Shown one piece after another: positions 36,568-45,834 of a stretch of 64,000 nucleotides of DNA (the stretch's first letter is position 1; each line of letters opens with the position of its first letter). Source of the stretch: Candidatus Bilamarchaeaceae archaeon. Its GTDB lineage: Archaea; Micrarchaeota; Micrarchaeia; Anstonellales; Bilamarchaeaceae. Made by a program: the position numbers and the translations under genes. The notes below the pieces were generated by a model. The model worked only from the letters and a program-made list of their open reading frames with translations. It did no database searches and was not told where the DNA came from. Where the stretch lies: contig JAWCKZ010000002.1 in NCBI GenBank assembly GCA_038851325.1, positions 44,935 through 108,934 on the forward strand, written 5' to 3'.

Positions 36568-37455
36568 ATGCTAGATGCACCTCCCAAAAGCGAGAGACAA
36601 CTTATTTTGGAGGCAGCAGTGGAGGTCATCAAAAAACAAGGACTTAGATCGGAATTGATAGGGAGCAAGAAATTTTCAGAATACTTTTTTAAGGGTGTTA
36701 TGCTATTCAATGTTCTTGGTGACGGATGCACAAGAAACTGCAGGTTCTGCGTTATAAAGTACAAAAAAAAGCCTGATAAGCCTTCGCTTGATGAAGGAAA
36801 AAGAATAGCCGCTGTTTCTCAAAAACTTGGATTAAGGTATATTGTTCTTTCGCCCGTAGCAAGGGACGACCTTGCAGATGGCGGTGCATCCTACCTTGCA
36901 TCCTACATAAGAGATATAAAAAAGATAAATCCGAATGTGAAGGTTGAGACGTTTATTCCAGATTACGGTAAAAAACACCTTATAAAAATGGTGGTCGACG
37001 CTGGGCCAGACGTAATATCATACAGTCTAGACACGATCAAGCGGCTATATTCTGTCGTGAAGGGAAGCGAGTTTGATTTTGAGAGGAGCATAAGGACAGT
37101 CCGCACGATTAGAGAGTTGAGCAAGGACATACCCATCAGGGCAACCATAATGGTTGGGTTTAGAGAAAGTTGGTTTGAGGTAATAGGCGCATTAAGACGA
37201 TTGCGTAAGGCGGGCGTGGATATGATAACGATAAGCCAATACTATAGGCCAACAAAGAACCATATTCAGGTTCTTGAGTATGTACCGGTGGAAAGGTTCG
37301 AGTTGTATGAAAGAGAGGCATATCAACTTGGTTATAAACATGTTAAGATTCAATCTGGCAAGCCTATTGAGTATAGCGATTATATCCTACCAGAATTTAT
37401 TTCTTCTGTACAACGAAAGCCTCTAGGACCTTTTCGTAAGGAGCATCAGTTTTAA
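36568..37455 (+). CDS. Lipoyl synthase (LipA)-like radical SAM protein lacking auxiliary cluster motifs
   Basis: LGDGCTRNCRFC, VARDDLADGGA, VETFIPDY, ITISQYYRP; no CX4CX5C and no RSSY. Confidence 0.85.
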   Translation: MLDAPPKSERQLILEAAVEVIKKQGLRSELIGSKKFSEYFFKGVMLFNVLGDGCTRNCRFCVIKYKKKPDKPSLDEGKRIAAVSQKLGLRYIVLSPVARDDLADGGASYLASYIRDIKKINPNVKVETFIPDYGKKHLIKMVVDAGPDVISYSLDTIKRLYSVVKGSEFDFERSIRTVRTIRELSKDIPIRATIMVGFRESWFEVIGALRRLRKAGVDMITISQYYRPTKNHIQVLEYVPVERFELYEREAYQLGYKHVKIQSGKPIEYSDYILPEFISSVQRKPLGPFRKEHQF

Positions 37456-38485
37456 CAGCAGTTGGAGAAAAATGGGTTCTTGCGGCTTTGTAGCCAATCG
37501 AATTTAAGAAATCAAGAACATCGTTCATCTTCGGCACGCTTCCTCGCGAAATAAACTTTGAGATTCTATGAAGATCATAAAAATATGGTGGCATCCCAAT
37601 CTCTTGTTCCATAAGCTCTAATTTATTATGTATCTCTTCTCTGTGACCGTACCCTCTCTTTTCATTTAATTTTTTCATTTCTCTGAGAATATTTATATCG
37701 TGGAGCTCTCCGAGCCAAAGCGGTCCTGCGTACTCAATATTTTTATTGCAGACCTTGCACCACTCCGTTGGAAAGCGCACTGCTCTCCTGAAGCCACAAT
37801 GTGGGCAGTACTCGACATAACCAAGACGTGCAAGCGCGTTGTTTGCTTTCTCTGCCCCCCTTGTTACCTTTACTACAGTTTTTAAATAATGTCTATCAGA
37901 GATCGAAAGAAGAGGTATCGTTCCCATGTTAAATTCGGCACCTACTTCGGCTATCTTTTTTATCAAAATCCTGAGACCGTTTTCGTGCGTGCATTCATTG
38001 TTCAGCGGCTTTGCATGATAGTTTTTCATACACGGCTTTGTTTTTCCGCCGCACAGAACAGCAGTGTCTGTTGCTGTGACTGAAAGATATCCCTGCTTAA
38101 GGGGATTAAAGATTCTGAAAACATCATAGAGATACGGAGATGGTGTCCCAAACGGGTCAACCTCGACAAAATCAGCGGTTATGTCGAAAACAAGTCTTGA
38201 GATGTTCCCATGGAGTACAGAGAATTTTATTTTGTTTTTCCTTGCATTTTTTCTTGCACATGCCACGGCCGCTTTATTCACATCAACAAATATAGTGCGC
38301 CTTACATTATCATTTTCGATGGCATATCGTATGCCCCGTATGCCAGTTGCTGCAAATCCGTCGCACACAATGATTTTTTCCGCCAATGCACCGATCAAAA
38401 GCGAAACAATGCTGCGACAGAACGTCATTTCTTTATTGTAAAAAACCCCCTTCGGTGCGTTAAACACCACTCCCTCCTCCATCAT
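37397..38485 (-). CDS. trm1: tRNA (guanine26-N2)-dimethyltransferase
   Basis: VFYNKEM, DGFAATGIRGIRY, VDPFGTPSPY, TATDTAVLCG, YAGPLWLG, RTHFSP. Confidence 0.95.
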   Translation of the reverse strand: MMEEGVVFNAPKGVFYNKEMTFCRSIVSLLIGALAEKIIVCDGFAATGIRGIRYAIENDNVRRTIFVDVNKAAVACARKNARKNKIKFSVLHGNISRLVFDITADFVEVDPFGTPSPYLYDVFRIFNPLKQGYLSVTATDTAVLCGGKTKPCMKNYHAKPLNNECTHENGLRILIKKIAEVGAEFNMGTIPLLSISDRHYLKTVVKVTRGAEKANNALARLGYVEYCPHCGFRRAVRFPTEWCKVCNKNIEYAGPLWLGELHDINILREMKKLNEKRGYGHREEIHNKLELMEQEIGMPPYFYDLHRISKFISRGSVPKMNDVLDFLNSIGYKAARTHFSPTAVKTDAPYEKVLEAFVVQKK

Positions 38486-39707
38486 TTTTATCCCTATCCA
38501 AAAATTCTCTAAGAGCCGCGGTTGCATAGGCCCCTGATTGGAGCGAGAATGTGAATGTGTTGTTATAAAATGAGAAGTCTTTTAATGGTGAGAGCAGCGT
38601 ACGGTGTGTTCCTTTTGAGGATATCTCTGGTATGGCCTTTATTTTGAAATCACGCGGTTTTATATCAAACATCTCAAGAATTCTTTTTTCACGCTCGTTC
38701 ACCTTTGTTTCATACCCTATCATCTTTCCTGCAATCCATCTTGAATGACTTTCCTGCTTCTTTATGTCAGGAAAGCCACCCGTCTCTCCGCAATAGTATT
38801 CTCCTTCTTCGAGTTTGTTGAGCGCTCCTTCAGCAATTCTTTCTGATAGGGCAAGGTTGAAGATGTGCGACTGGAATGCGTGAACGAACAAAAGAAGGAT
38901 GCGTCTCGGTAGTTTTCTAAGAGCACCAGCATAGTCCCTTGGATAGACAGCAAGATGTGTAAGAAGCGCTCTCTCAAGGTGCAAATACTTTGGAAACTCC
39001 TTAAGTGCTTTCTTAAAGTCCCCTGTTTCTCGTAGATTTTTTCTTGCTAATATTGCTAGTTCGTTTGTTTCCCCTTTGCATTCACAGAGAAATTCAAGTG
39101 CCGCCAAATCGTGCCTCCCCTTTGCAAGGTACTCTCCGAGTTTGTGAGTATTTCGCCTGCTTGAACCAAACCTTTGAGGCCCAAAATAGTTAGGGAAGAC
39201 GCCATTCAATTCTTTATAAATCACTTCCACAGCGTTTTTTTCGTTAGGATTCTGTCCATGTACAACTATCTTGAAACGGTTTCCCAGAAGACTGCCCAAT
39301 CTCGTTTTATCAGATGAGCTCCACGCGCCGAGTATCTTTATATCCTTGAGATTAAGCGAGAGCAATTTCTCCTTGCTAATTCCGAAAACAGAAACAAGTT
39401 GAGTAGAAATAGCATTCTTATCCTTCGTACCTGCATAACTGAATCGCTTTGCACTGATGCGAAGTTCATCCGCTATTCTCCTTATTGCCCCCTCGCTTGT
39501 CCATTCCCTCTTTTGAAGTATGAAATGCGTGAAATTTCCTTCTGTCCCAGCGCGTGTGAAGGTCTTGTCCTTCTCCAGTATTGTTCCGTCTTCAAGTATT
39601 TCCTCAACTATGAAATCATCCGGTGTTTTCTTTATTCTTCCACCAATTCCAGGGGTCTTTGAAAGGTAAGAAAGAAAATGGTCTTTCTCTGGCAAATCCT
39701 CACTCAT
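38460..39707 (-). CDS. truD: tRNA pseudouridine13 synthase
   Basis: DDFIVEEI, SYAGTKDKNAISTQ, LLGNRF, PNYFGPQRFG, GAYAT. Confidence 0.96.
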   Translation of the reverse strand: MSEDLPEKDHFLSYLSKTPGIGGRIKKTPDDFIVEEILEDGTILEKDKTFTRAGTEGNFTHFILQKREWTSEGAIRRIADELRISAKRFSYAGTKDKNAISTQLVSVFGISKEKLLSLNLKDIKILGAWSSSDKTRLGSLLGNRFKIVVHGQNPNEKNAVEVIYKELNGVFPNYFGPQRFGSSRRNTHKLGEYLAKGRHDLAALEFLCECKGETNELAILARKNLRETGDFKKALKEFPKYLHLERALLTHLAVYPRDYAGALRKLPRRILLLFVHAFQSHIFNLALSERIAEGALNKLEEGEYYCGETGGFPDIKKQESHSRWIAGKMIGYETKVNEREKRILEMFDIKPRDFKIKAIPEISSKGTHRTLLSPLKDFSFYNNTFTFSLQSGAYATAALREFLDRDKNDGGGSGV

Positions 39708-39825
39708 GACTGTTCACCGTACTGTAGTCTTATAGTACGGGCGTTATAATATTTAAATTACTATGAAAAATATGAAAACGCAATTAAAGATGGTCTCTCA
39801 CAGTTCTGGACTTGCTATGGAGTTG

Positions 39826-41226
39826 CTATGACCCCATTTTTTCTGTCTTTGTTTTTCTGTCTTTGTTGCGGACCATGTGGATGATCGATTTATAAGACTG
39901 GAAGAGTGAATTAACAAGGGTTTGATTTCCGCCCAGATAGTAATGATGCGCCGCACCCCCCTCCTCAGCTATCTGATGCCACTCCTTTGTTTTCAGCTGC
40001 ACTTCAAATCGCAGCAATCTCGAGGTGAGAACATCCTCGGGTTCGGTGTCGTAATGGAACGCCTTATAACCATTTTCAGGTTTGACTTTGAACTCTGGAG
40101 TGCATTTTTTGTAAAGCACGCCAGGGGTTGTATTTAGTCCGCATAAATTTGATTCTATTACTGCCTTTGCCAATTCCAGAGCTCTCCCCTTTGCGTCTTC
40201 TTCCATCTTGTCTACCTCAATCCCATGTAGTTTGTTGATGATAACGCGGAGCGCTACAAGGTCATTAAGTTTTGCAATGTCGTAGTATTGAATAATCGAT
40301 CTTATATATTTGTTTAGTTTTTCTTCATTTTCCTCAGAACTCTCGTTATGACCAACATGTAGACGCTTAAACTCATCCACCAATCTTCTATATATCTTGC
40401 GCATTATTTTCCCTTCATGTTTTTTCATTCTTGGTGCAACAATCGCATCTGTGAAGCCTTGGACTCTTAACGTTTGCCTGATCCGTCTTGCAAGATCTTT
40501 GACAATGTTTTGCGTTGTATGCAGGCGTTCCGTAAGCCCGGTTTCATTCATTTTTTCCATTACATATTCGTATATCTCTCTGTGGTTTATCTTAAATGCG
40601 TGGAGAAGAATATCTCCTGCTAGGGATGGATATCCAAAAAATTCTGCCAGCGGGGCGTAGATTTTCTCCCCTGCTGTTGCGTCCCTTTTTAGAGAGTTTT
40701 CTGCATCCGATTGAGAATCGTAAAGCCTGAATATAGAACAACCATTGTTGTTAATGACATCATTTGTTCTTTGGCTTGTTGTGTGCGTGACAGCGACATC
40801 AACTATTCGCGGCAGCAAAGCCAATGGAGCTGGTTTGTTATCATTAAGTAAAGGAATATAACTCTCCAGCGGAGCACCAGCGCGATCAAGATTTCTCAAC
40901 TGACAGAATATTCTGAGTTCGTCGACTATTGCTCTTTCTTCTAGCATTTGAAGGATGGAAGGGTCCAAGCATTTAACCTTATCATAATCTATCATGTGAT
41001 AAAGTACAATCTCTGTAATCCGGTGATTCAGTTCAGCCCTTTCTGGATCTTTTTTGTAGTGTTTTATTGCACTTCCATTCACCATCTTTACTTCTTCAGC
41101 CTTTTTCATGACTTCAAGGCAGTGTTGGTAGAGCTGCATAGCATTTTTTTTGAAATAAAAATTCCTAGCTGTTAGTATACTGGATTGAAGGGATGGTAAT
41201 TTTTTTCTAGTTCGTATAAATTCCAT
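39826..41226 (-). CDS. RelA/SpoT homologue: degenerate HD domain + synthetase domain, no C-terminal regulatory domains
   Basis: KIYAPLAEFFG, PRMKKH...RK, NDLVALRVII, KPENGYKAFH, FEVQLKTKEWHQIAEEGGAAHHYY. Confidence 0.85.
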   Translation of the reverse strand: MEFIRTRKKLPSLQSSILTARNFYFKKNAMQLYQHCLEVMKKAEEVKMVNGSAIKHYKKDPERAELNHRITEIVLYHMIDYDKVKCLDPSILQMLEERAIVDELRIFCQLRNLDRAGAPLESYIPLLNDNKPAPLALLPRIVDVAVTHTTSQRTNDVINNNGCSIFRLYDSQSDAENSLKRDATAGEKIYAPLAEFFGYPSLAGDILLHAFKINHREIYEYVMEKMNETGLTERLHTTQNIVKDLARRIRQTLRVQGFTDAIVAPRMKKHEGKIMRKIYRRLVDEFKRLHVGHNESSEENEEKLNKYIRSIIQYYDIAKLNDLVALRVIINKLHGIEVDKMEEDAKGRALELAKAVIESNLCGLNTTPGVLYKKCTPEFKVKPENGYKAFHYDTEPEDVLTSRLLRFEVQLKTKEWHQIAEEGGAAHHYYLGGNQTLVNSLFQSYKSIIHMVRNKDRKTKTEKMGS

Positions 41227-41283
41227 AATGATACATCGTTTAAAACATTTTAAAAAGATATCGGAATGTGCTGCGAAAGAGTA

Positions 41284-42264
41284 TTAATAGATAATACAAC
41301 GCGCAGCCTTTAATTGCTCTATATTCCTACTTCCTGTGAGAAAGGCAGCTATGGCAAGTTGTTTTTTCCATTTCTCAATTTCTTCTTCAAGACATTTTTT
41401 TGTGAGGGCGATAAGAAACGGTTGTGCAGCGCCCCCCATCTCCGCACCAAGCGCTATTGCCTTTGCAACGTCTACTCCGCTTCTTACTCCGCCGCTGGCA
41501 ATAAGCGGTAGAATTCCTTTACACATAAGAATGGAGTCTACAGTTTTTATCCCCCAATTTTCAAATCCCGGCACTCCTCCTTTTCGCATGTACTCTATTT
41601 TACTCCACGAAGTTCCTCCAGCGCCAGAAACATCCAACCATGAAACGCCGACACCCTTAAGCTTCTCTGCTACCTCTGTGCTCATTCCGGCTCCTGTTTC
41701 CTTTGCAATAACAGGCACGCCAATTCTTTCTACTGTCTTTTCTATTGCTGCCAGGATACCTGAAAAATCGGTATCCCCTTCTGGTTGGATGACTTCTTGC
41801 AGAGGATTTAGGTGAATAGCGAGAGCGTCTGCCTCAACGGATGCTACGAGTGATTCTATCTTCTCTATTGGGTATTTATTCAATTGGGCTGCCCCTATAT
41901 TTGCGAGTAGAGGTATATCAGGCGCGACATCTCGCACTTTAAATGTATCCGCAGTGGCTGGATTCTCTATCATAGCGCGCTGCGAACCAAGTCCAAAGGC
42001 TATGCCTGCATTCTGCGCAGCAGCAGCAAGCATCCTGTTTATTTTTTTTGCCTTTGGATAGCCGCCGGTCAACGCGCATATCAAAAGAGGCGCGGATATT
42101 TTTTTACCTAAAAAATCTGTTGAAAGATCAACATCAGACAATGCGCATTCCGGCAAGGAATTGTGGATTAGCAGAATGCGCTCAAAACCTGCGGAAAAGG
42201 AATACTGGCTCTCTTTTTTTATGGAAAGAGCGATATGGTCTTGTTTTCTCTTATAGATGCTCAC
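41284..42264 (-). CDS. fni: Type 2 isopentenyl-diphosphate delta-isomerase
   Basis: RKQDHI, ALTGG, GLGSQRA, LANIG, IHLNPLQEVIQPEGD, AKETGAG, DVSGAGGTSW. Confidence 0.96.
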   Translation of the reverse strand: MSIYKRKQDHIALSIKKESQYSFSAGFERILLIHNSLPECALSDVDLSTDFLGKKISAPLLICALTGGYPKAKKINRMLAAAAQNAGIAFGLGSQRAMIENPATADTFKVRDVAPDIPLLANIGAAQLNKYPIEKIESLVASVEADALAIHLNPLQEVIQPEGDTDFSGILAAIEKTVERIGVPVIAKETGAGMSTEVAEKLKGVGVSWLDVSGAGGTSWSKIEYMRKGGVPGFENWGIKTVDSILMCKGILPLIASGGVRSGVDVAKAIALGAEMGGAAQPFLIALTKKCLEEEIEKWKKQLAIAAFLTGSRNIEQLKAARCIIY

Positions 42265-42303
42265 AAATTCACCCGTTCGTGTCAACAATTTTACTCTATG
42301 ATC

Positions 42304-43041
42304 TCACCTTGCCAACGGATACTTTTCCATGTACATCTGAGTCTGGAGAATAATGAGAAATGGAAGAAGAACGATCGAGTTGACCAGCAAAGCAAAGTAC
42401 TGCGAAAATACCCCCGAGAATAGAAAATCGCCCGATATCTTTGAAAGCACCAAAGTTAACGCGCCAATGGCCAGCCAGGAGATACAAAGGAGCGGTTTTC
42501 GTAGTGCAAGATCACCTGAGCGAATGATCGCGGTTCCTACATCTGAATCGTCTATAACAATGGCCGGGGGAACGAATAACAGGAGATAAGAAAGGACAAA
42601 GGAAAATAGAGGGTAGATGACTGTTTGGCCATAGATATCGTGAAGAAGCAATTGTGCTATGAGGTGAAGTATAAATACAATAGTAAGAACGCAGAATATC
42701 CTTGTTGCATGCTTCGGGACTGCCGAAATCATCTCCTGCGTTGTTTCGGTTAGAGTACGTTTTGAGCGTACTATTATATTGATGTTCACAATCGTATCAG
42801 CTATTATAAACATTGCTATTAGATACGCAATGACGATTATGGATATGTCAAGAATGGAGAAATCCGGAAGGCTTCCTGTTCTTGCAAATAGTGCCCCTGC
42901 TGCTAGATAGGTGGGTAGAGGAACAAGCACGGGAACGAGAGACGCAGCAAAGAATGGAATAGAAAAGAGAGCCAGAAGTGCTATCTTCTTAAAGTAAAAT
43001 TCCAGAGAATACGCAACAACCCTGTTCAATTCTTCCATCAT
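42304..43041 (-). CDS. Hypothetical multi-pass membrane protein
   Basis: Six or more hydrophobic segments. Confidence 0.7.
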   Translation of the reverse strand: MMEELNRVVAYSLEFYFKKIALLALFSIPFFAASLVPVLVPLPTYLAAGALFARTGSLPDFSILDISIIVIAYLIAMFIIADTIVNINIIVRSKRTLTETTQEMISAVPKHATRIFCVLTIVFILHLIAQLLLHDIYGQTVIYPLFSFVLSYLLLFVPPAIVIDDSDVGTAIIRSGDLALRKPLLCISWLAIGALTLVLSKISGDFLFSGVFSQYFALLVNSIVLLPFLIILQTQMYMEKYPLAR

Positions 43042-43047
43042 TGTTAT

Positions 43048-43626
43048 TCACCTTTCTTTTTCGATCTTTGTTACAGTAACCTTGTTGTCCTTTAAAATTT
43101 CAACTACGTAATAATAACTTGCATTCGGCGAATCCCACACGACTCGCCATCCTACCTTCGTTTCGCTTACTGAGTGCAATGTATTTGGATTATTTGAGAT
43201 GTACCCGCTTACTAGCTCTGTCCCTGGAAATGTATGTGAGGCTATCACCGCTTCCTCAGGAAATATAAGAACACAGCCTGGCTCGTAGCAGACCGTACAA
43301 TTTGAGGTTATGATTTCCTGAGGTTGAGGGACAAAGTTCTGAACTGGGTAGTTATAGAATATATGCACCCTTTCTGGGCATGGGGTATGCGGTGACTTAG
43401 TCACTTTTGCCTTTATCTCAAAATACCTATTCCCCAACTCGTTCGTGAGTTCCTTGGTTGATATTATCTCTATATCTGCGTTTGGGTATCTAGAACGCAG
43501 ATCCTCCAAGACAAACTTTGTTGCATCTCCTTCGACGATATTTATCTTGAAGAGTTCCGCTCCCTTTACAAGCGTAAATATAACAATAAGAAGTACGAAT
43601 AGCAGCACCAACCCTTTTTTAAGCAT
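43048..43626 (-). CDS. Hypothetical secreted/membrane-anchored protein
   Basis: Signal-like N-terminus; PCPER...CTVC...GC Cys pattern. Confidence 0.7.
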   Translation of the reverse strand: MLKKGLVLLFVLLIVIFTLVKGAELFKINIVEGDATKFVLEDLRSRYPNADIEIISTKELTNELGNRYFEIKAKVTKSPHTPCPERVHIFYNYPVQNFVPQPQEIITSNCTVCYEPGCVLIFPEEAVIASHTFPGTELVSGYISNNPNTLHSVSETKVGWRVVWDSPNASYYYVVEILKDNKVTVTKIEKER

Positions 43627-43653
43627 GATAACACAACTGCAGAAATTTTTATA

Positions 43654-43983
43654 TTACTTCCCCTTTAGCAGAAGGATGGCCTGGGCTATATCTCCTTTGG
43701 TTTTTTTTAGCGCGGTCCTTGCCTCTTCTTCTGAGCAGCCAGCTTGCTCCGCGACCATCTTGGTATCCTCTTCGCTTATGTTATCTTCGAATACCATAGC
43801 GCCTGTTATTTGAAGAGATTTTTGGCCTTGCATATCTATCTCTATAACTTCAGGATTTTGCAGAATATAGCTACCTTCTTCTGTTTCTATCACGACTCGT
43901 TTTGCCTCTATCCTCTTTGATTTTATTCCCAGTTGACGCATCATCTGTTCCATCTTTCTCGGGTCGATACCACCAGGCAACAT
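43654..43983 (-). CDS. nac: Nascent polypeptide-associated complex protein
   Basis: DPRKMEQMMRQLGI; UBA-like VAEQAGCSEEEARTALKKTKGDIAQAIL. Confidence 0.93.
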   Translation of the reverse strand: MLPGGIDPRKMEQMMRQLGIKSKRIEAKRVVIETEEGSYILQNPEVIEIDMQGQKSLQITGAMVFEDNISEEDTKMVAEQAGCSEEEARTALKKTKGDIAQAILLLKGK

Positions 43984-44040
43984 ACGATCACAACTAAGCT
44001 TAAGGTAGGTATTTAAACGCGGTGGTGCGTTTTACAAAAT

Positions 44041-44637
44041 CTACTTAAACAGTTCCATCCGCTCCGATTTTCTTACTTCGACGCGTTTCATCATCGTTAT
44101 CTGTTTTAAGCGATTAAACAACTTAGACGAAAAGCGACCATATACAAGGTCTTGCATAAGTTCATCAAAGTTAGCTCCTTCTGCGTTTTTCTTTGTCTCC
44201 TCTGCGATTGCTTTTCTCAAATTCTTTCTTGTATTTTCACTCACCTTCGCACCAGTAACAGCGATTATCTTTATTCTTATACTCTCGCCGTCTTTTGTCT
44301 TTGTATCCATAACTTGATGAATGAGGGACTTTCCTCTTCTTGCGAATGTTTTAATATATGCGGGCGATATTTCATGGCCTATAAGTTTTGTGTAGGCATT
44401 TGTGCCCTTTACGTCAACTATCCTAAAATAAAGGTTCGTGAACATCGCAAGCTGAGAAGATGGATTAAGTCCAAGTTCCGTAAGGCTTCTGGTTATGATT
44501 CTGTTGAGAAGATTTTTCTCGTCACTCGATACAACTTCACCGAGTTCCCGATTGTCAAACGATGCTGGTGCGAGTACGGTGTACCATTTTTTTGATTTCC
44601 ACTTATCAACTACCTTCATTGCCCTTTTTCCGGCCAT
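44041..44637 (-). CDS. rps3ae: 30S ribosomal protein S3Ae (eS1)
   Basis: DKWKSKKWYTVLAP, IFARRGKS-like segment, RVEVRKSE. Confidence 0.92.
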   Translation of the reverse strand: MAGKRAMKVVDKWKSKKWYTVLAPASFDNRELGEVVSSDEKNLLNRIITRSLTELGLNPSSQLAMFTNLYFRIVDVKGTNAYTKLIGHEISPAYIKTFARRGKSLIHQVMDTKTKDGESIRIKIIAVTGAKVSENTRKNLRKAIAEETKKNAEGANFDELMQDLVYGRFSSKLFNRLKQITMMKRVEVRKSERMELFK

Positions 44638-44645
44638 TATACCCC

Positions 44646-45101
44646 TCACTTAACTAGTAACTCGGCTTGCTCAGGGTCGTATTTCCAATCCTCCGGAAGA
44701 ATCCCCTTTGCCTTCAAATACTTTGCAAGCCTATTTATTTTAGATATTATATGAGCATACTTCGTTTTGTTATGGACATCCTTTTTGGCATTTTTTAGGT
44801 GTCTGTTCATTCTTACCGCTCGTTTTAAAAGAGCGAGGAAATCATCAGGATAGACAGCGCCCACTTTGTTATTTCTCAAAAATACAGATAGCTTTGTACC
44901 AAGAAAAGGCTTTATTTCTGGTATTCCATGTTTATCTCTAAGAATAATTCCTATTTTCGAGGGAGATGTTCCTTCCTTCGCGAGTTTTATTATCTCTTCC
45001 TCTATATATTTTTTATCGGCCTTGACCCATTCTGGCACGAGCTTGCTTTTTGGAGTTTTTCTCCCAGATTTTCCCTTCTTTTTCGAGTGAAGCCTTGCCA
45101 T
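44646..45101 (-). CDS. rps15: 30S ribosomal protein S15 (uS15)
   Basis: MARLHSKKKGKSG, PSKIGIILRDKHGIP, SKINRLAKY, PEDWKY. Confidence 0.95.
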   Translation of the reverse strand: MARLHSKKKGKSGRKTPKSKLVPEWVKADKKYIEEEIIKLAKEGTSPSKIGIILRDKHGIPEIKPFLGTKLSVFLRNNKVGAVYPDDFLALLKRAVRMNRHLKNAKKDVHNKTKYAHIISKINRLAKYLKAKGILPEDWKYDPEQAELLVK

Positions 45102-45114
45102 ACGCACACCTTTA

Positions 45115-45702
45115 TTATACCTTTCGTGTTGTGTAGTCATGCATCTTCTGGTTATTTTTTAAATAATCGATAAGCAACGAGATAGCTTTATATCTATGAG
45201 AGAGTTTGTTTTTTAATTCTATGTTTTCAGCAAATGTCGTATCGTGCGCCTCTGGTATGAAGATGGGGTCATATCCAAAACCGCTTTTGCCACGTTCGGT
45301 TTCGGCTATTCTTCCCTCGCAGATGCCTTTAAATAACAAAATGCTGCTGCCGTTATGAAAGGCTATGCATGCCTCAAAACGTGCGGCTCTATTTTCTACG
45401 CCTTCAAGTAGTTTTAGTATGCCTTTACGTCCAATTTTTTCTTGCACCCATGCTGAGTAAGTTCCAGGAAAGCCATTAAGTGCATCCACAAAAAGCCCGG
45501 TGTCTTCTGTAAAAACTGGTTTTTGAAGTCGCCTGAAAGCTGCTTCGGTTGCCTCAGTTGCAATCTCCTCAAGACTGTCTGAACGAATTTCGCGATGCGT
45601 AAACTGAAAATGTTTCAGGGTAATGCGTGGCGCATTGACTACAAACACCTCTTGCGCCTCTCTAAATTTGTTTGTGTTGCTTGTGGCAAAATAAATCTCC
45701 AT
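45115..45702 (-). CDS. rdgB: Non-canonical purine NTP pyrophosphatase (RdgB/HAM1)
   Basis: FATSNTNKFRE, EDTGLFVDALNGFPGTYS, GFGYDPIF, KNKLSHR. Confidence 0.95.
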   Translation of the reverse strand: MEIYFATSNTNKFREAQEVFVVNAPRITLKHFQFTHREIRSDSLEEIATEATEAAFRRLQKPVFTEDTGLFVDALNGFPGTYSAWVQEKIGRKGILKLLEGVENRAARFEACIAFHNGSSILLFKGICEGRIAETERGKSGFGYDPIFIPEAHDTTFAENIELKNKLSHRYKAISLLIDYLKNNQKMHDYTTRKV

Positions 45703-45834
45703 AAAGCGTGAATGTTAACTGTTATTAAAAAGACTTCCGATGTATTTTTAAATATATTCACACGTATATATAACATACAACATTAGCATATATAACATAT
45801 AACAATAACATATAACATTAATGGAGAGATTAAC

